From the NCBI GenBank assembly GCA_964522465.1, contig CAZFVH010000003.1, positions 32,338-96,337 on the forward strand: a stretch of 64,000 nt of DNA. The letters are read 5' to 3'. Of the stretch, positions 1 through 9,570 are shown one piece after another. Every line of letters begins with the position of its first letter. Position 1 is the stretch's first letter. The position numbers were made by a program, and so were the translations under genes. Source of the stretch: an uncultured Rubrivivax sp. (lineage in GTDB: Bacteria; Pseudomonadota; Gammaproteobacteria; Burkholderiales; Burkholderiaceae_C). The notes beneath the pieces were generated by a model that was given only the letters and a program-made list of their open reading frames with translations, had not been told where the DNA came from and did not search any database.

Positions 1-206
1 GCCAGAGACGCAACGTGTTGGTGCACAAGTTTGTCTGCCGAGGCACGGTAGAGGAGAGAATCGACGCCATGATCCGCGACAAGCAGCAACTCGCGGCCGA
101 GCTGCTGGACGCTGCCGGCGGCGAGGTGCGCCTCACCGAGCTGAACGACGCCGAGCTGCTGCAGCTGGTGCGCCTGGATCTGAACACCGCCACCAGCGAA
201 GGCTGA
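1..206 (+). CDS. SNF2-family helicase, C-terminal end only (gene starts upstream of the window)
   Basis: The frame is open from base 3 (QRRNVLVHKFVCRGTVEERIDAMIRDKQQLAAELL...). This tail parallels the C-terminus of the complete SNF2 gene at 37848-42203 (VYRLVHQGTLEEKIVALHQDKRELADSVL). Stop TGA at 204-206. Confidence 0.8.
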   Translation, partial: QRRNVLVHKFVCRGTVEERIDAMIRDKQQLAAELLDAAGGEVRLTELNDAELLQLVRLDLNTATSEG

Positions 207-254
207 GGGGGAGGGATGAGGGCGAGGGACGACGACGATGGATGAGCTCTAGCG

Positions 255-1346
255 ATGAGCACGTATGGCAACTGGGCGCCCTATGTACCGGTGGCCACGC
301 GCCGCCGCCAGACTGCCCGCGAGCTGGCCCGGCTCACCCAAGGTGGGCAGGCGGCATCGCCGGTCATCATCACCGGCCGCCACATCGCCGGCACGCCCTG
401 GGGCCGGGCCTGGTGCAGCAACATGGAGCGCTACAGCGACTACGCCAACCGCCTGCCACGTGGCCGCACCTATGTGCGCAACGGCTCGGTGATCGATCTG
501 CAGATCAGGCCCGGCCAGGTGCAGGCACAGGTCAGCGGCTCGTCCATCTACCGCACGATGGTGGAGGTGCAGCCCCTGGCCAAGAGCCGCTGGCAGGCCC
601 TGTGTGCAGACTGTGCCGGCGGCATCGACTCGCTGGTGGAACTGCTGCAAGGGCGCTTTTCGCAGGCGGTGATGGACCGCCTGTGCCGCCCGGGGGACGG
701 CCTGTTCCCCGCGCCCCGGGACATCCGCTTCGATTGCTCCTGCCCCGACGGCGCCTTCATGTGCAAGCACGTGGCCGCCGTGCTGTACGGCGTGGGCGCC
801 CGGCTGGACAGCCAGCCCGAACTGCTGTTCACCCTGCGCCAGGTGGAAGCCGCCGACTTGCTGAGCAAGGCCGGCACCGGCGTGGCCACCACCCCCGCCG
901 CCAGCCACCGCGCCCTGGCGGAAGACGACCTGGGTGCGCTGTTCGGGCTGGACCTGGAAGGGGATGGCGCGGCTGTGCCCGCAGCAAAGGCGCCGGCCCC
1001 GGCAGCTCCATCCATCAAGGCCACACCGACGTCGGCCCGAACGGCGCCCGCAGCGAGCACGCCCCTCGCAGCCCCTGCCAAGCCGCTCAAGACACCCCGG
1101 CCCACTGCGCCCGCACGCCCGCCGGGCCGCTCGGTGGCGGTGGCCCGCAACCCGGCGGCGCGCCTGCTGGCGGCGCTGCGCAAGACCGGCTGGCTGGACA
1201 ACGCCGCCGCCCGCGCCGCCACCGGACTGGACGCCGAAGCCGTACGCCCGCTGCTCAGGCAACTGGTGGCCGAAGGTCATGCCCAGGTGCAAGGGCGGGG
1301 GCGCGGTACGCTGTACGTGGCAAGACGAACGGAGTTCATGCCATGA
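255..1346 (+). CDS. SWIM zinc-finger protein (SNF2-associated type)
   Basis: 363-aa ORF with the CxC..CxH SWIM signature FDCSCPDGAFMCKHVAAVLYGVGARLD. The N-terminal block WGRAWCSNMERYSDYANRLPRGRTYVRNGSVIDL is typical of bacterial SWIM proteins encoded next to SNF2 helicases. An Ala/Pro-rich linker is followed by a C-terminal tail. Confidence 0.85.
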   Translation: MSTYGNWAPYVPVATRRRQTARELARLTQGGQAASPVIITGRHIAGTPWGRAWCSNMERYSDYANRLPRGRTYVRNGSVIDLQIRPGQVQAQVSGSSIYRTMVEVQPLAKSRWQALCADCAGGIDSLVELLQGRFSQAVMDRLCRPGDGLFPAPRDIRFDCSCPDGAFMCKHVAAVLYGVGARLDSQPELLFTLRQVEAADLLSKAGTGVATTPAASHRALAEDDLGALFGLDLEGDGAAVPAAKAPAPAAPSIKATPTSARTAPAASTPLAAPAKPLKTPRPTAPARPPGRSVAVARNPAARLLAALRKTGWLDNAAARAATGLDAEAVRPLLRQLVAEGHAQVQGRGRGTLYVARRTEFMP

Positions 1347-1867
1347 TCTTCACCCCGGCTGGCGAACTGCTGGGCCCTGGGTCGACCGTGCGCACGGTGA
1401 CGCTGGCGCATCACCCCCAACTGCCCGACGGCGAATACACCCTGGTGGACGCCTATTGCACCGACCGCAGCTGCGATTGCCGCAAGACCATGATCCACGT
1501 GCTGCTGGACGGCCAGCATGTCTCCACCGTGCACTACGGCTGGGAGAGTCCGGCCTTCTACCAGCGCTGGTACGGCGCACCGCTGGACGCGATCACCCTG
1601 GCCGAGATGAAGGGCCCCAGCATCGACCTGAACAGCCCCGACCGTGTGCCGCGAGACGCCATGCTGGCGTTTTTCATCCGCTTGCTGGAAGCACGCTACG
1701 CCAAGCATCTGCGCCAGCAGTACGCCGGCGTGCGCGCCGTGCTGGCCGCACCCGACGAAGGCGCGCCGCCGCTGTCGGGCCCGTCCGCGCGGGCAGGCCA
1801 GCTCACCCGCGTGGTGCGTGAACTGGGCAAGCAGCGCAAGAGCAAGCGGCAGTCTGCGTTGCGGTGA
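1343..1867 (+). CDS. hypothetical protein with Cys cluster (CTDRSCDCRK)
   Basis: The ATG at 1343 overlaps the SWIM gene stop (ATGA). The composition is protein-like (MIFTPAGELLGPGSTVRTVTLAHHPQLPDGEYTLVDAYCTDRSCDCRKTMIHVLLDG...) with a basic C-terminal tail. I do not recognise the family. It is the 3-prime part of the long listed ORF 242-1867. Confidence 0.55.
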   Translation: MIFTPAGELLGPGSTVRTVTLAHHPQLPDGEYTLVDAYCTDRSCDCRKTMIHVLLDGQHVSTVHYGWESPAFYQRWYGAPLDAITLAEMKGPSIDLNSPDRVPRDAMLAFFIRLLEARYAKHLRQQYAGVRAVLAAPDEGAPPLSGPSARAGQLTRVVRELGKQRKSKRQSALR

Positions 1868-1920
1868 GCTGGAGGCGCAGGCAGGGGCGGCGGCTCTGCC
1901 GGCTTCCCTGTTGTTGGCTC

Positions 1921-2994
1921 TCAGGCCGGCGGCGCGTCGGACCCGTGCGCTGCCGCCGCAGCCGTCGCCTCGGTCCGCAGACACCGCGCCTGATGCCCCG
2001 GCGCGATCACCACCGGCTCGGGCCGTGTGGCCCGGCAGACCTCGGCAGCCCAGCCGCAGCGCTCGGCGAAAGCGCAGCCCGGCGGCAGGGCCGACAGATC
2101 GGGCGGGGCGCCGCCGATGGTCTCCAGGCGTGCCCCGGGTTGGGCGGCGCCGTGCGCGCGGCTCTTCAGCAGGGCCAGGGTGTAGGGATGGCGCGGCTCG
2201 CGCAGCAGGACCCGCACCGAGCCTTCCTCGACGATCCGACCGGCGTACATCACGGCGATGCGGTCGGCCACCTCGACGGCAGCGCCGATGTCGTGGGTGA
2301 CGAAGATCACGCCCAGGCCGAGGTCGCGCTGCAGTTCGCGCAGCAGCAGCAGGATCTGGATCTGCACCGTGGCGTCCAGCGCCGTCGTCGGCTCGTCGGC
2401 CAGCAACAGCTGCGGTCGGCAGGCCAGGGCCAGCGCGATCATCGCGCGCTGGCGCATGCCGCCGCTCATCTCGTGCGGGTAGGCCTGCAGGCGCCGCTGC
2501 GGGCTGGGGATGCGCACGCGCTCGAACAGCTCGAGCGCGCGCTGCGAGGCCTGGGCCGCCGACACCGGCTCGTGGCGGCGGATGGCCTCGACGATCTGCG
2601 CTCCGACGGTGTAGACCGGGTCGAGCGCGAGCAGCGGCTCCTGGAAGATCATCGAGGCCACGCGGCCGCGATAGTCGGCCAGCGCCGACGGCGACAGCGC
2701 GAGCACGTCCTGCCCGGCGACGACGACCTGGCCCGAGATCGTCGTGCGCCGCGGCGGGTGCAGGCGCAGCAGCGAGCGCAGGGTCACGCTCTTGCCGGAG
2801 CCGGATTCGCCGATCAGCGCGACGACCTCGCCGCGGTCCAGTCGCAGGTCGACCCCGTCGACCGCCTGCACCGGACGCCGTCCGCCGGTGAAGGTCACGC
2901 GCAGGCCGCGCACGTCGACCAGGGGCTGGGACGCAGCGCCCGGCGTCGCGCCGGGCGCGGCAGGGATCGGTGCGGGCGTCGAGGTGTCGGTCAT
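1921..2994 (-). CDS. ABC transporter ATP-binding protein, peptide/nickel (OppD/DppD-like)
   Basis: Internal Met start (MTDTSTPAP...) whose ATG overlaps the stop of the upstream ATPase gene (ATGA at 2991-2996). Walker A GESGSGKSV, signature MSGGMRQR and the C-terminal Cys-containing oligopeptide-ABC tail (PPGCAFAERC) are present. Confidence 0.9.
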   Translation of the reverse strand: MTDTSTPAPIPAAPGATPGAASQPLVDVRGLRVTFTGGRRPVQAVDGVDLRLDRGEVVALIGESGSGKSVTLRSLLRLHPPRRTTISGQVVVAGQDVLALSPSALADYRGRVASMIFQEPLLALDPVYTVGAQIVEAIRRHEPVSAAQASQRALELFERVRIPSPQRRLQAYPHEMSGGMRQRAMIALALACRPQLLLADEPTTALDATVQIQILLLLRELQRDLGLGVIFVTHDIGAAVEVADRIAVMYAGRIVEEGSVRVLLREPRHPYTLALLKSRAHGAAQPGARLETIGGAPPDLSALPPGCAFAERCGWAAEVCRATRPEPVVIAPGHQARCLRTEATAAAAAHGSDAPPA

Positions 2995-4076
2995 CAGGGG
3001 TGCTCCACGCGGACCGGGTCCGGGCTCGTGGCGGCGGGCGCGGCGCTGTGTCCGCTGCCCGGCTCGTACATCAGGCAGGCGACCTGGGATCGCCCCCAGG
3101 GCTGGGCCACGTCCGGCCCGCCCCCCAAAGCGATCGGGAACACCTGGGGCCGGGCCGGCTCGCGTTGCGCGCACATCGGCTCGGCCCGCGCGCAGCGGGT
3201 GTGGAAGCGGCAACCCGATGGCGGATCGATGGGGTTGGGCGGGTCGCCCGCCAGTGGCGGCTCCTCGGTGCGGCGGTCCGGGTCCATCGAGGGGATGGAG
3301 CTGAGCAGTGCGCGCGTGTAGGGGTGGCGCGGGGACTCGAACAAGGCCTGCGCCGCACCGATCTCGACCACCTGGCCCAAGTACATGACCATGACCCGGT
3401 CCGACATGTGCCGCACGACGTTCAGGTCGTGGCTGATGAACAGGTAGGTCAGCCCGAAGGCGTCCTTCAGGTCCTGCAGCAGATTCAGCACCTGCGCCTC
3501 GACCGACTTGTCCAGGGCCGAGACGGCCTCGTCCAGGATGACCACGCGCGGCTGCAGCGCCAGGGCGCGCGCGATGTTGACGCGCTGGCGCTGGCCGCCG
3601 GAGAGCTCGTGCGGGTAGCGCTCGGCAAAGCGCCGCGGCTCCAGGCCCACGCGCGCCAGCAGGTCGCGCGCGCGCTGGACTGCCTCGCCCCGTGCCAGGC
3701 CATGCACCTGCGGGCCGAAGGCGATGGAATCCTCGATCGTCAGCCGCGGGTTCAGGGAGGCGTAGCTGTCCTGGAACACCATCTGTACCTGGCGGCGGTA
3801 GTCGCGCAGCGACAGGTCGCGCCCGCCGACGCCCGCACCGTCGAAGACGACCTCGCCACGGTCGGGGGTGATCAGATGCATCAGCAGCCGCGCCGTGGTG
3901 CTCTTGCCGCAGCCGGACTCGCCGACGATGCCCAGAGTCTCACCGGCGCTGACGGAGAAATCCACCCCGTCGACCGCGCGCACGACACCGCCGCCGCGGC
4001 CGAAGGCGCTCTTCTTCAGCGGGAAGTGCTTGACCAGCCCCGACACCTGAAGCAAGGCCTGGCTCCTGGCGTTCAT
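2994..4076 (-). CDS. ABC transporter ATP-binding protein, peptide/nickel (OppF/DppF-like)
   Basis: Starts [18 protein letters not shown]. Walker [10 protein letters not shown], signature LSGGQRQR, Walker [11 protein letters not shown] and tail [11 protein letters not shown] are present. The start overlaps the end of the permease gene. Confidence 0.9.
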   Translation of the reverse strand: MNARSQALLQVSGLVKHFPLKKSAFGRGGGVVRAVDGVDFSVSAGETLGIVGESGCGKSTTARLLMHLITPDRGEVVFDGAGVGGRDLSLRDYRRQVQMVFQDSYASLNPRLTIEDSIAFGPQVHGLARGEAVQRARDLLARVGLEPRRFAERYPHELSGGQRQRVNIARALALQPRVVILDEAVSALDKSVEAQVLNLLQDLKDAFGLTYLFISHDLNVVRHMSDRVMVMYLGQVVEIGAAQALFESPRHPYTRALLSSIPSMDPDRRTEEPPLAGDPPNPIDPPSGCRFHTRCARAEPMCAQREPARPQVFPIALGGGPDVAQPWGRSQVACLMYEPGSGHSAAPAATSPDPVRVEHP

Positions 4077-4966
4077 GACTTGATCTCCATCGCGGAGCGC
4101 AGACCGTCGCTGAGCAGGTTGAAGGCGATCGACGTGGCAAAGATCATGACACCCGGCAGCGCAGCGATCCAGGGCTGGGTGTAGATGGCCGTGCGCAGCG
4201 TGTTCAGCATCAGGCCCCACTCGGGCTCGGGCGGCTTGACACCCAGACCGAGGAAGCTCAGGCCGGAGGCCAGGATCATCGACACGGCGATCAGGCTGGT
4301 GGCGTAGACGAAGATCGGGCCGAGGACGTTGCCGAGCACGTGCACGCGCACGATGGTGAAGGCACCGGCCCCGGAGGCACGCGCGGCCTCGACGAAATCG
4401 CGGTTGCGGATCTGCGTGGTCACGCTCTCGGCCACGCGCGCGATCGGCGGGATGAACACCACCGTCAACGAGATCAGCGAGTTGGTGATGCCGGCGCCCA
4501 GCGCGCCCGACAGCGCGATCGCCAGCAGCACCGAGGGAAAAGCGTAGAAGACGTCGATCGTGCGCATCACCACGGTGTTGGTGCGCCCGCCGGCATAGCC
4601 TGCCACGATGCCGATCAGCGAGCCGAGCACGAAGGCGCACACCACGGGCGCGATGCCCATGAACAGCGACAGCCGCGCGCCCACCATCAGACGCGACAGC
4701 ATGTCGCGCCCGAGTTCGTCGGTGCCCAGAGGGAACCCCGGCGTGCCGATGGGCTTCAGGCGCGACAGCATCGAGGCCTTGTAGGGGTCGGCTGGCGCCA
4801 GCAGGGGCCCGAAGACGGCCAGCACCAGCAACAGCAGCAGCACCAGTGCCGCGCCCATGGCCACACGGTCCCGCGACAGACGGCGACCGACGGTCTGCCA
4901 GTAGCCGGGCGAGCGCTCGGGCGCCACGGCGGGAATCTTCGAAGGGTCGACAGCAACGTGCAGCAT
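4073..4966 (-). CDS. ABC transporter permease (DppC/OppC-like)
   Basis: 297-aa multi-TM protein of typical DppC layout. GAGGAGG Shine-Dalgarno lies 6-8 nt upstream of the ATG at 4966. Confidence 0.9.
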   Translation of the reverse strand: MLHVAVDPSKIPAVAPERSPGYWQTVGRRLSRDRVAMGAALVLLLLLVLAVFGPLLAPADPYKASMLSRLKPIGTPGFPLGTDELGRDMLSRLMVGARLSLFMGIAPVVCAFVLGSLIGIVAGYAGGRTNTVVMRTIDVFYAFPSVLLAIALSGALGAGITNSLISLTVVFIPPIARVAESVTTQIRNRDFVEAARASGAGAFTIVRVHVLGNVLGPIFVYATSLIAVSMILASGLSFLGLGVKPPEPEWGLMLNTLRTAIYTQPWIAALPGVMIFATSIAFNLLSDGLRSAMEIKS

Positions 4967-4982
4967 GGGCGTTCCCTCCTCG

Positions 4983-5936
4983 TCAGGCTCGCGCGATCCG
5001 CGGGTCCAGCAGGGTCTGCATCACGTCGACGACGAGGTTCAGCAGCACGAAGAAGATCGCCAGGACGAGGATGGAGCCCTGCAGCAGCGGCAGGTCGCGC
5101 TGGAAGATCGCCGCGTTGAGCAGGAAGCCCGTGCCCGGCCAGGCGAAGACCGTCTCGATCAGGATGGAGCCGCCCAGCAGGTAGCCCAGCTGCAGTCCCA
5201 TCACGGCCAGCGCGGTGGGCGCCGCGTTCTTGACCACGTGCAGGAAGACGCCCAGATCGGTCAAGCCCTTGGCCCGCAGGCCGACGACGAACTCCTGCGC
5301 CAGGATCTCGGCCACCAGCGCGCGCACCGTGCGCGCGATGATGCCCATGGGAATCACACTCATCGTCAGGGCCGGCAGGATCAGGTGCTGGATGTGCGCC
5401 CAATCCCACTGCCACAGGTCCGATCCGCCGGGGCCGGCACCGCTGGGCGGCAGCCAGAACAGGAGGGACGAGAACACGATCACCAGCACCATGCCGAGCC
5501 AGTAGTGCGGCACGCTGACACCGAGCACCGCCGTGAACGACGCCGCCTTGTCGACCCAGGAGTTCTGGAAGTAGCCGGCGACGAAGCCGAACAGGCAGCC
5601 CAGCAGGAAGCCGATGACCGTGGCCACCACCGCCAGGCGCAGCGTGTTGACCACGGCCCGCAGCACCTCGTCGGTCACGGGCCGGTTGGTCGCGATCGAC
5701 GTCCCCAAGTCGCCCTGCAGTGCGCGCCAGACCCAGCCGGCAAACTGCTCGGGCAGCGGGCGGTCGAAGCCGTAGAGCGTGCGCAACTGGTTCTGCAGCT
5801 CCACCGAGGCATCGGGCGGCAGCACCGACACCAGCGGGTCGCCCGGCGCCAGGTGGACGAGCGAGAAGCACACCAGCGCCACGCCGAACATGATGGGCAG
5901 CGTGTAGAGCAGGCGACGGATCAGGAAGGCGAACAT
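4983..5936 (-). CDS. ABC transporter permease (DppB/OppB-like)
   Basis: The N-terminus MFAFLIRRLLYTLPIMFGVALVCFSLVHLAPGDP is the hallmark start of DppB-family permeases. Confidence 0.9.
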   Translation of the reverse strand: MFAFLIRRLLYTLPIMFGVALVCFSLVHLAPGDPLVSVLPPDASVELQNQLRTLYGFDRPLPEQFAGWVWRALQGDLGTSIATNRPVTDEVLRAVVNTLRLAVVATVIGFLLGCLFGFVAGYFQNSWVDKAASFTAVLGVSVPHYWLGMVLVIVFSSLLFWLPPSGAGPGGSDLWQWDWAHIQHLILPALTMSVIPMGIIARTVRALVAEILAQEFVVGLRAKGLTDLGVFLHVVKNAAPTALAVMGLQLGYLLGGSILIETVFAWPGTGFLLNAAIFQRDLPLLQGSILVLAIFFVLLNLVVDVMQTLLDPRIARA

Positions 5937-6067
5937 GCGGGCTGGTTCTCGTCAGGTTCGGGGCGGGCACCGGCGACACCGGGACCCGCCCGCGCGCACC
6001 GCCGCTCCCGCCCGCGACCCAGCGCTGGAGCGTGGGTCACGGGCGGGCGACAGCGCGCCGGACAGGG

Positions 6068-7738
6068 TCAGTCCAGGGTCATCGGCGCGATGTCGATGAA
6101 CCAGCTCTTGGGCTGCACGACGTTCTTGACCCGGGCGCTCATCGCGCGCGGGCCGACGTCGTGGGCGATCCAGACGAAGGGCGCTTCCTCGACGATGCGG
6201 GCGTGCAGGCGGGCGAGTGCCGCATCACGTGCCTTGTCGTCGAAGCTGGTGCGGGCGTCGGCGATCAGCTTGTCGAACTCGGCGTTGCCGAAGTAGCCCC
6301 AGTTGTTGGACACCGGCGGGAAGGTCTTGGTGCTGGTGAAGCGTACCATTGCAAAGAACGGGTCCATCGCCGCGAAGCTCACGTTGATGCCGTGCGAGCC
6401 GTTGGCCGACGGGTCCTTCGCGCCCTTGCGCCAGTTGGTGAACAGCGTGTTCCACTCGATGACGTCGAACTCGACATCGAAATAGCACTGCTTCAGGGAC
6501 TGCTGCACGAATTCGTTCATCGGCAGCGGCTGCATCTGGCCCGAGCCCGAGGCGGAGATCTGGATCTTCACCTTCAGCGGCTTGGACGTGGAGTGGCCGG
6601 CCTTGGCCATCAGCGCCTGTGCCGCCTTGACGTCGTAGCGGATGTCGAACTTCGGGTCGCCCCACCACGGGTGGCCCGGGGGCACCGTGCCCTTGGGCAC
6701 GCCCATCATCCCGCCGAGGAGCTGCGACAGGCCGGCGCGGTCCACACACAGGTTGGCGGCATGGCGCACGTCACGGTTGAGCCACGGCGACCCCTCGGCG
6801 AAGGACAGCTGCCAGGGCCACACATGCGGCTGCGGATTGCTGTAGATCGTGAAGCCGCGCTGCTTCATCTGCGCCATGGCATCCGGCGCCGGCGCCTCGA
6901 TCCAGTCGACCTGGCCCGACAGCAGCGCCGCGGTGCGGGCATTGGCCTCGGGCATCGGGATCATCACCACGCGGTCGATCTTGGGCGTGCGCTTCGGGTC
7001 CCAGTAGGCCTTGTTGGCCACGACCTCCAGACGCTCGCGAGGCACGAAACGCGCCATCTTGAACGGGCCGCTTCCCGAGGCGTCGGCGGCGAAGGCCGTC
7101 CACGCGGCCTTGGCCTTGTCGGCCGGAGTGGCGCCGGCGGCGGCGTCGAACTTCTTCTGCCAGTGCGACGGCGAGGCGATGAACAGGTTGGTCAGGTTCA
7201 GCGGCAGGAAGGCATCGGGCTCGCTCGTGGTGAGCTCCACCGTCAAGTCATCGATCTTGCGCGCGCTGCGCAGTGTGGGCATGCGCGAGGCGGTCACGCC
7301 GACTTGGCTGGGATCGAAGTGCACGGCCTGCTGGTCGAGCACCTTGCGCACGTTCCAGACGATGGCGTCGGCGTTGACCGCCGAGCCGTCATGGAACTTC
7401 ACGCCCGGACGCAGCTTGAAGGTCCACTTGGTCTTGTCGCTGGCGCTGACGGCCCAGCTCGTGGCCAGCCCGGGGATCAGCACGCTGGGCTTGTCGGTGC
7501 TGGACAGGTCCCAGTGCGTGAGCGCGTCGTACATCGGGATGCCGGTGAAGCGGTTGCCCTCGAAGCCCTGGTCGGGCTGGCCGAGCGTTCGCGGGATGTC
7601 GCCGGCGGTCATCGCAATGCGCAGCACCTTCTCCTGCGCTGCGACCGAGCCGCTGAACGCCACGCCCAGCACGGCAGCCGCGGCGGTGGCGGCCCACCTG
7701 ACCCGGGCACTGCGACCCATCGATTCGATTGCACTCAT
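6068..7738 (-). CDS. ABC transporter substrate-binding protein, family 5 (peptide/opine type)
   Basis: 556 aa with a signal peptide (AAAAVLGVAFSGSVAAQE). It is the first gene of the five-gene importer operon. AGGAG SD precedes the ATG at 7738. Confidence 0.9.
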   Translation of the reverse strand: MSAIESMGRSARVRWAATAAAAVLGVAFSGSVAAQEKVLRIAMTAGDIPRTLGQPDQGFEGNRFTGIPMYDALTHWDLSSTDKPSVLIPGLATSWAVSASDKTKWTFKLRPGVKFHDGSAVNADAIVWNVRKVLDQQAVHFDPSQVGVTASRMPTLRSARKIDDLTVELTTSEPDAFLPLNLTNLFIASPSHWQKKFDAAAGATPADKAKAAWTAFAADASGSGPFKMARFVPRERLEVVANKAYWDPKRTPKIDRVVMIPMPEANARTAALLSGQVDWIEAPAPDAMAQMKQRGFTIYSNPQPHVWPWQLSFAEGSPWLNRDVRHAANLCVDRAGLSQLLGGMMGVPKGTVPPGHPWWGDPKFDIRYDVKAAQALMAKAGHSTSKPLKVKIQISASGSGQMQPLPMNEFVQQSLKQCYFDVEFDVIEWNTLFTNWRKGAKDPSANGSHGINVSFAAMDPFFAMVRFTSTKTFPPVSNNWGYFGNAEFDKLIADARTSFDDKARDAALARLHARIVEEAPFVWIAHDVGPRAMSARVKNVVQPKSWFIDIAPMTLD

Positions 7739-7864
7739 CTGAAGACTCCTGAGATGAACTGGGACGACACGGCCCTCGCACCGACCACGACCCGATACCC
7801 CTAGACAAACCTGCCGGACCTACGCCGACGGGATCCCGCATGGTGCGATCCATGCTTGAGCTTC

Positions 7865-7875
7865 TTTGTATGCAA
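7865..7875. repeat. copy 1 of an 11-nt direct repeat TTTGTATGCAA in a divergent promoter region
   Basis: An exact second copy lies at 8016-8026. Both are AT-rich islands in a GC-rich intergenic region between the ABC operon and the racemase gene. Confidence 0.5.
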
Positions 7876-8015
7876 TCGACATGCCAGCGATGACCTCGGT
7901 GCTTCGGCGCCCATATCGCGACACCGGGCACAAACCCAGGAAACAACTGGTCAACCGTCAAAACCGGGCACCACGAAGAGGCATGGCGATGCGCGATAGT
8001 GTGCACGACGAACGT

Positions 8016-8026
8016 TTTGTATGCAA
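8016..8026. repeat. copy 2 of the 11-nt direct repeat TTTGTATGCAA
   Basis: Exact match to 7865-7875. It lies 32 nt upstream of the racemase ATG at 8058. Confidence 0.5.
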
Positions 8027-8057
8027 ACCGCACCAACCAGGTGCCCACGACCCCGAC

Positions 8058-8801
8058 ATGACCATGCAACTGCTCCTGATCAACCCCAACACTTCCTCGG
8101 CGATGACCGAGGGCATCGCCGCCGCAGCGCGCGACGTGGCCGCGCCCGGCACCGTCGTGCAGGCAGTCCAGCCCACTTTTGGTGCGCTGTCGATCGAGGG
8201 TCACTACGACGAGGCCTTCGCCACCGCGGGCGTGGCCGAGCAGGTGCGGCTGGCGCGCGACGGCGCCACGCCGCCGGACGCCGTGGTCATCGCCTGCTTC
8301 GGCGACCCGGGGCTGGACGCGGCGCGGGAGGCGGTGGATGCACCGGTGCTGGGCATCGCCGAAGCGGCCTTCCACGCCGCCTCGATGGTGGCCACCGGGT
8401 TTTCGGTGGTGACGACCATGACGCGCACCTGCACGATGGCCGAGCACCTGGTGCACAAGTACGGTTTCGAGCGGCGTTGTCGCGGGATCCACGGCACCGA
8501 CATCGCCGTGCTGGAACTCGAAGCCTGTGGGCCGGCCACCGTCGCGCACATCGAGGCCTGCTCGCGCGAGGCGCTGGCGCGCGACCGCAGCGGCGCCATC
8601 GTGCTGGGCTGCGCGGGCATGGCCGCGCTCACGGCCGAACTGCAGCGCCGGCTGGGTGTGCCGGTGATCGACGGCGTGGCCGCGGCGGTGAAGTTCGCCG
8701 AGGCGCTGGCCGGCCTCGGCCTGCGCACGAGCAAGCACGGCGACTACGCCGCGCCGCTGCCCAAGCGCTACGTGGGTTGGGCCGCGCCCTTCGGTTGGTG
8801 A
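8058..8801 (+). CDS. Asp/Glu/hydantoin racemase family protein
   Basis: MTMQLLLINPNTSSAMTEGI... matches the N-terminus of the hydantoin/aspartate racemase family. Start chosen at the internal ATG 8058 of the listed ORF 7866-8801. Confidence 0.8.
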   Translation: MTMQLLLINPNTSSAMTEGIAAAARDVAAPGTVVQAVQPTFGALSIEGHYDEAFATAGVAEQVRLARDGATPPDAVVIACFGDPGLDAAREAVDAPVLGIAEAAFHAASMVATGFSVVTTMTRTCTMAEHLVHKYGFERRCRGIHGTDIAVLELEACGPATVAHIEACSREALARDRSGAIVLGCAGMAALTAELQRRLGVPVIDGVAAAVKFAEALAGLGLRTSKHGDYAAPLPKRYVGWAAPFGW

Positions 8802-8935
8802 TCACCCCGGCGGCCGGACGCCGTCGAGCCACGTCCACGCCGGCGCAGACGGGCCCGTGGCAGGCCGGCGCCCTGATCGCAGGCGTCGACCGGGATCGAG
8901 CGGCGTGCCGGCCGATGGCCGGCGCAGAACAGGCT

Positions 8936-9376
8936 TCAGCCGCCGAAGGCGACGATCTGTCCGGCCGGCAGGGCGCCGCTGCGGCGCTGGACCTCGCGTC
9001 CGCGCTCCAGACGCACCAGGGTGGGAATGCTGCGAATGCCGAATCGCGCGGCCACCTGCGGGTTGTCGTCGCTGTTGACCTTGGCCAGCACGGCGCGGCC
9101 CTTCAACTGCGCGGCCGCCTGCTCGAAAGCCGGCGCCATCATGCGGCACGGCCCACACCAGGGCGCCCAGAAGTCGACGACCACGGGCAGGTCGGACTTG
9201 CCGACGTAGGCGTCGAAATTGGCGTCGGTCAGCTCAATGGGCTCGCCGCCGAGCAAAGCCTGGCCGCAGCGGCCGCAGGTCGGGTCGTCGCCCAGCCGCG
9301 AGGCCGGCACGCGGTTGGTGGCGCCGCAGGCGGCGCAGGCGATGTGGGTCGGGTCGTGTGTGTCCATGGATACCAT
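8936..9376 (-). CDS. trxC: thioredoxin 2 (zinc-finger thioredoxin)
   Basis: N-terminal CxxC..CxxC zinc finger (CAACGATNRV...CGRCGQ) followed by the thioredoxin active site WAPWCGPC. The start is ambiguous between the ATGs at 9376 and 9367. Confidence 0.85.
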   Translation of the reverse strand: MVSMDTHDPTHIACAACGATNRVPASRLGDDPTCGRCGQALLGGEPIELTDANFDAYVGKSDLPVVVDFWAPWCGPCRMMAPAFEQAAAQLKGRAVLAKVNSDDNPQVAARFGIRSIPTLVRLERGREVQRRSGALPAGQIVAFGG

Positions 9377-9570
9377 GATGGGTATGCGGCGGCAGGTTTC
9401 AAGTGCGCCGGCGCACCTCCTTCGAACGTTGCATGCACCCCCGCCATGCAGCCGGCCCCTCGGCTCGAGCAGGCCGTGACCCCCTGGCATGTCATCTGCC
9501 GCGCGCCAGGGGATGCCGCCCGGCGTGGACGCCACGGGCTGGATAATCGACCAGACCCGGAGATCCTCAG

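Noticed and set aside
242-1867. 541-aa ORF spanning the whole SWIM region
   Set aside because: Its first roughly 1100 nt are an Arg/Pro/Gly-rich alternative frame of the clearly recognisable SWIM gene (255-1346). Only the part from the ATG at 1343 looks like a real protein.
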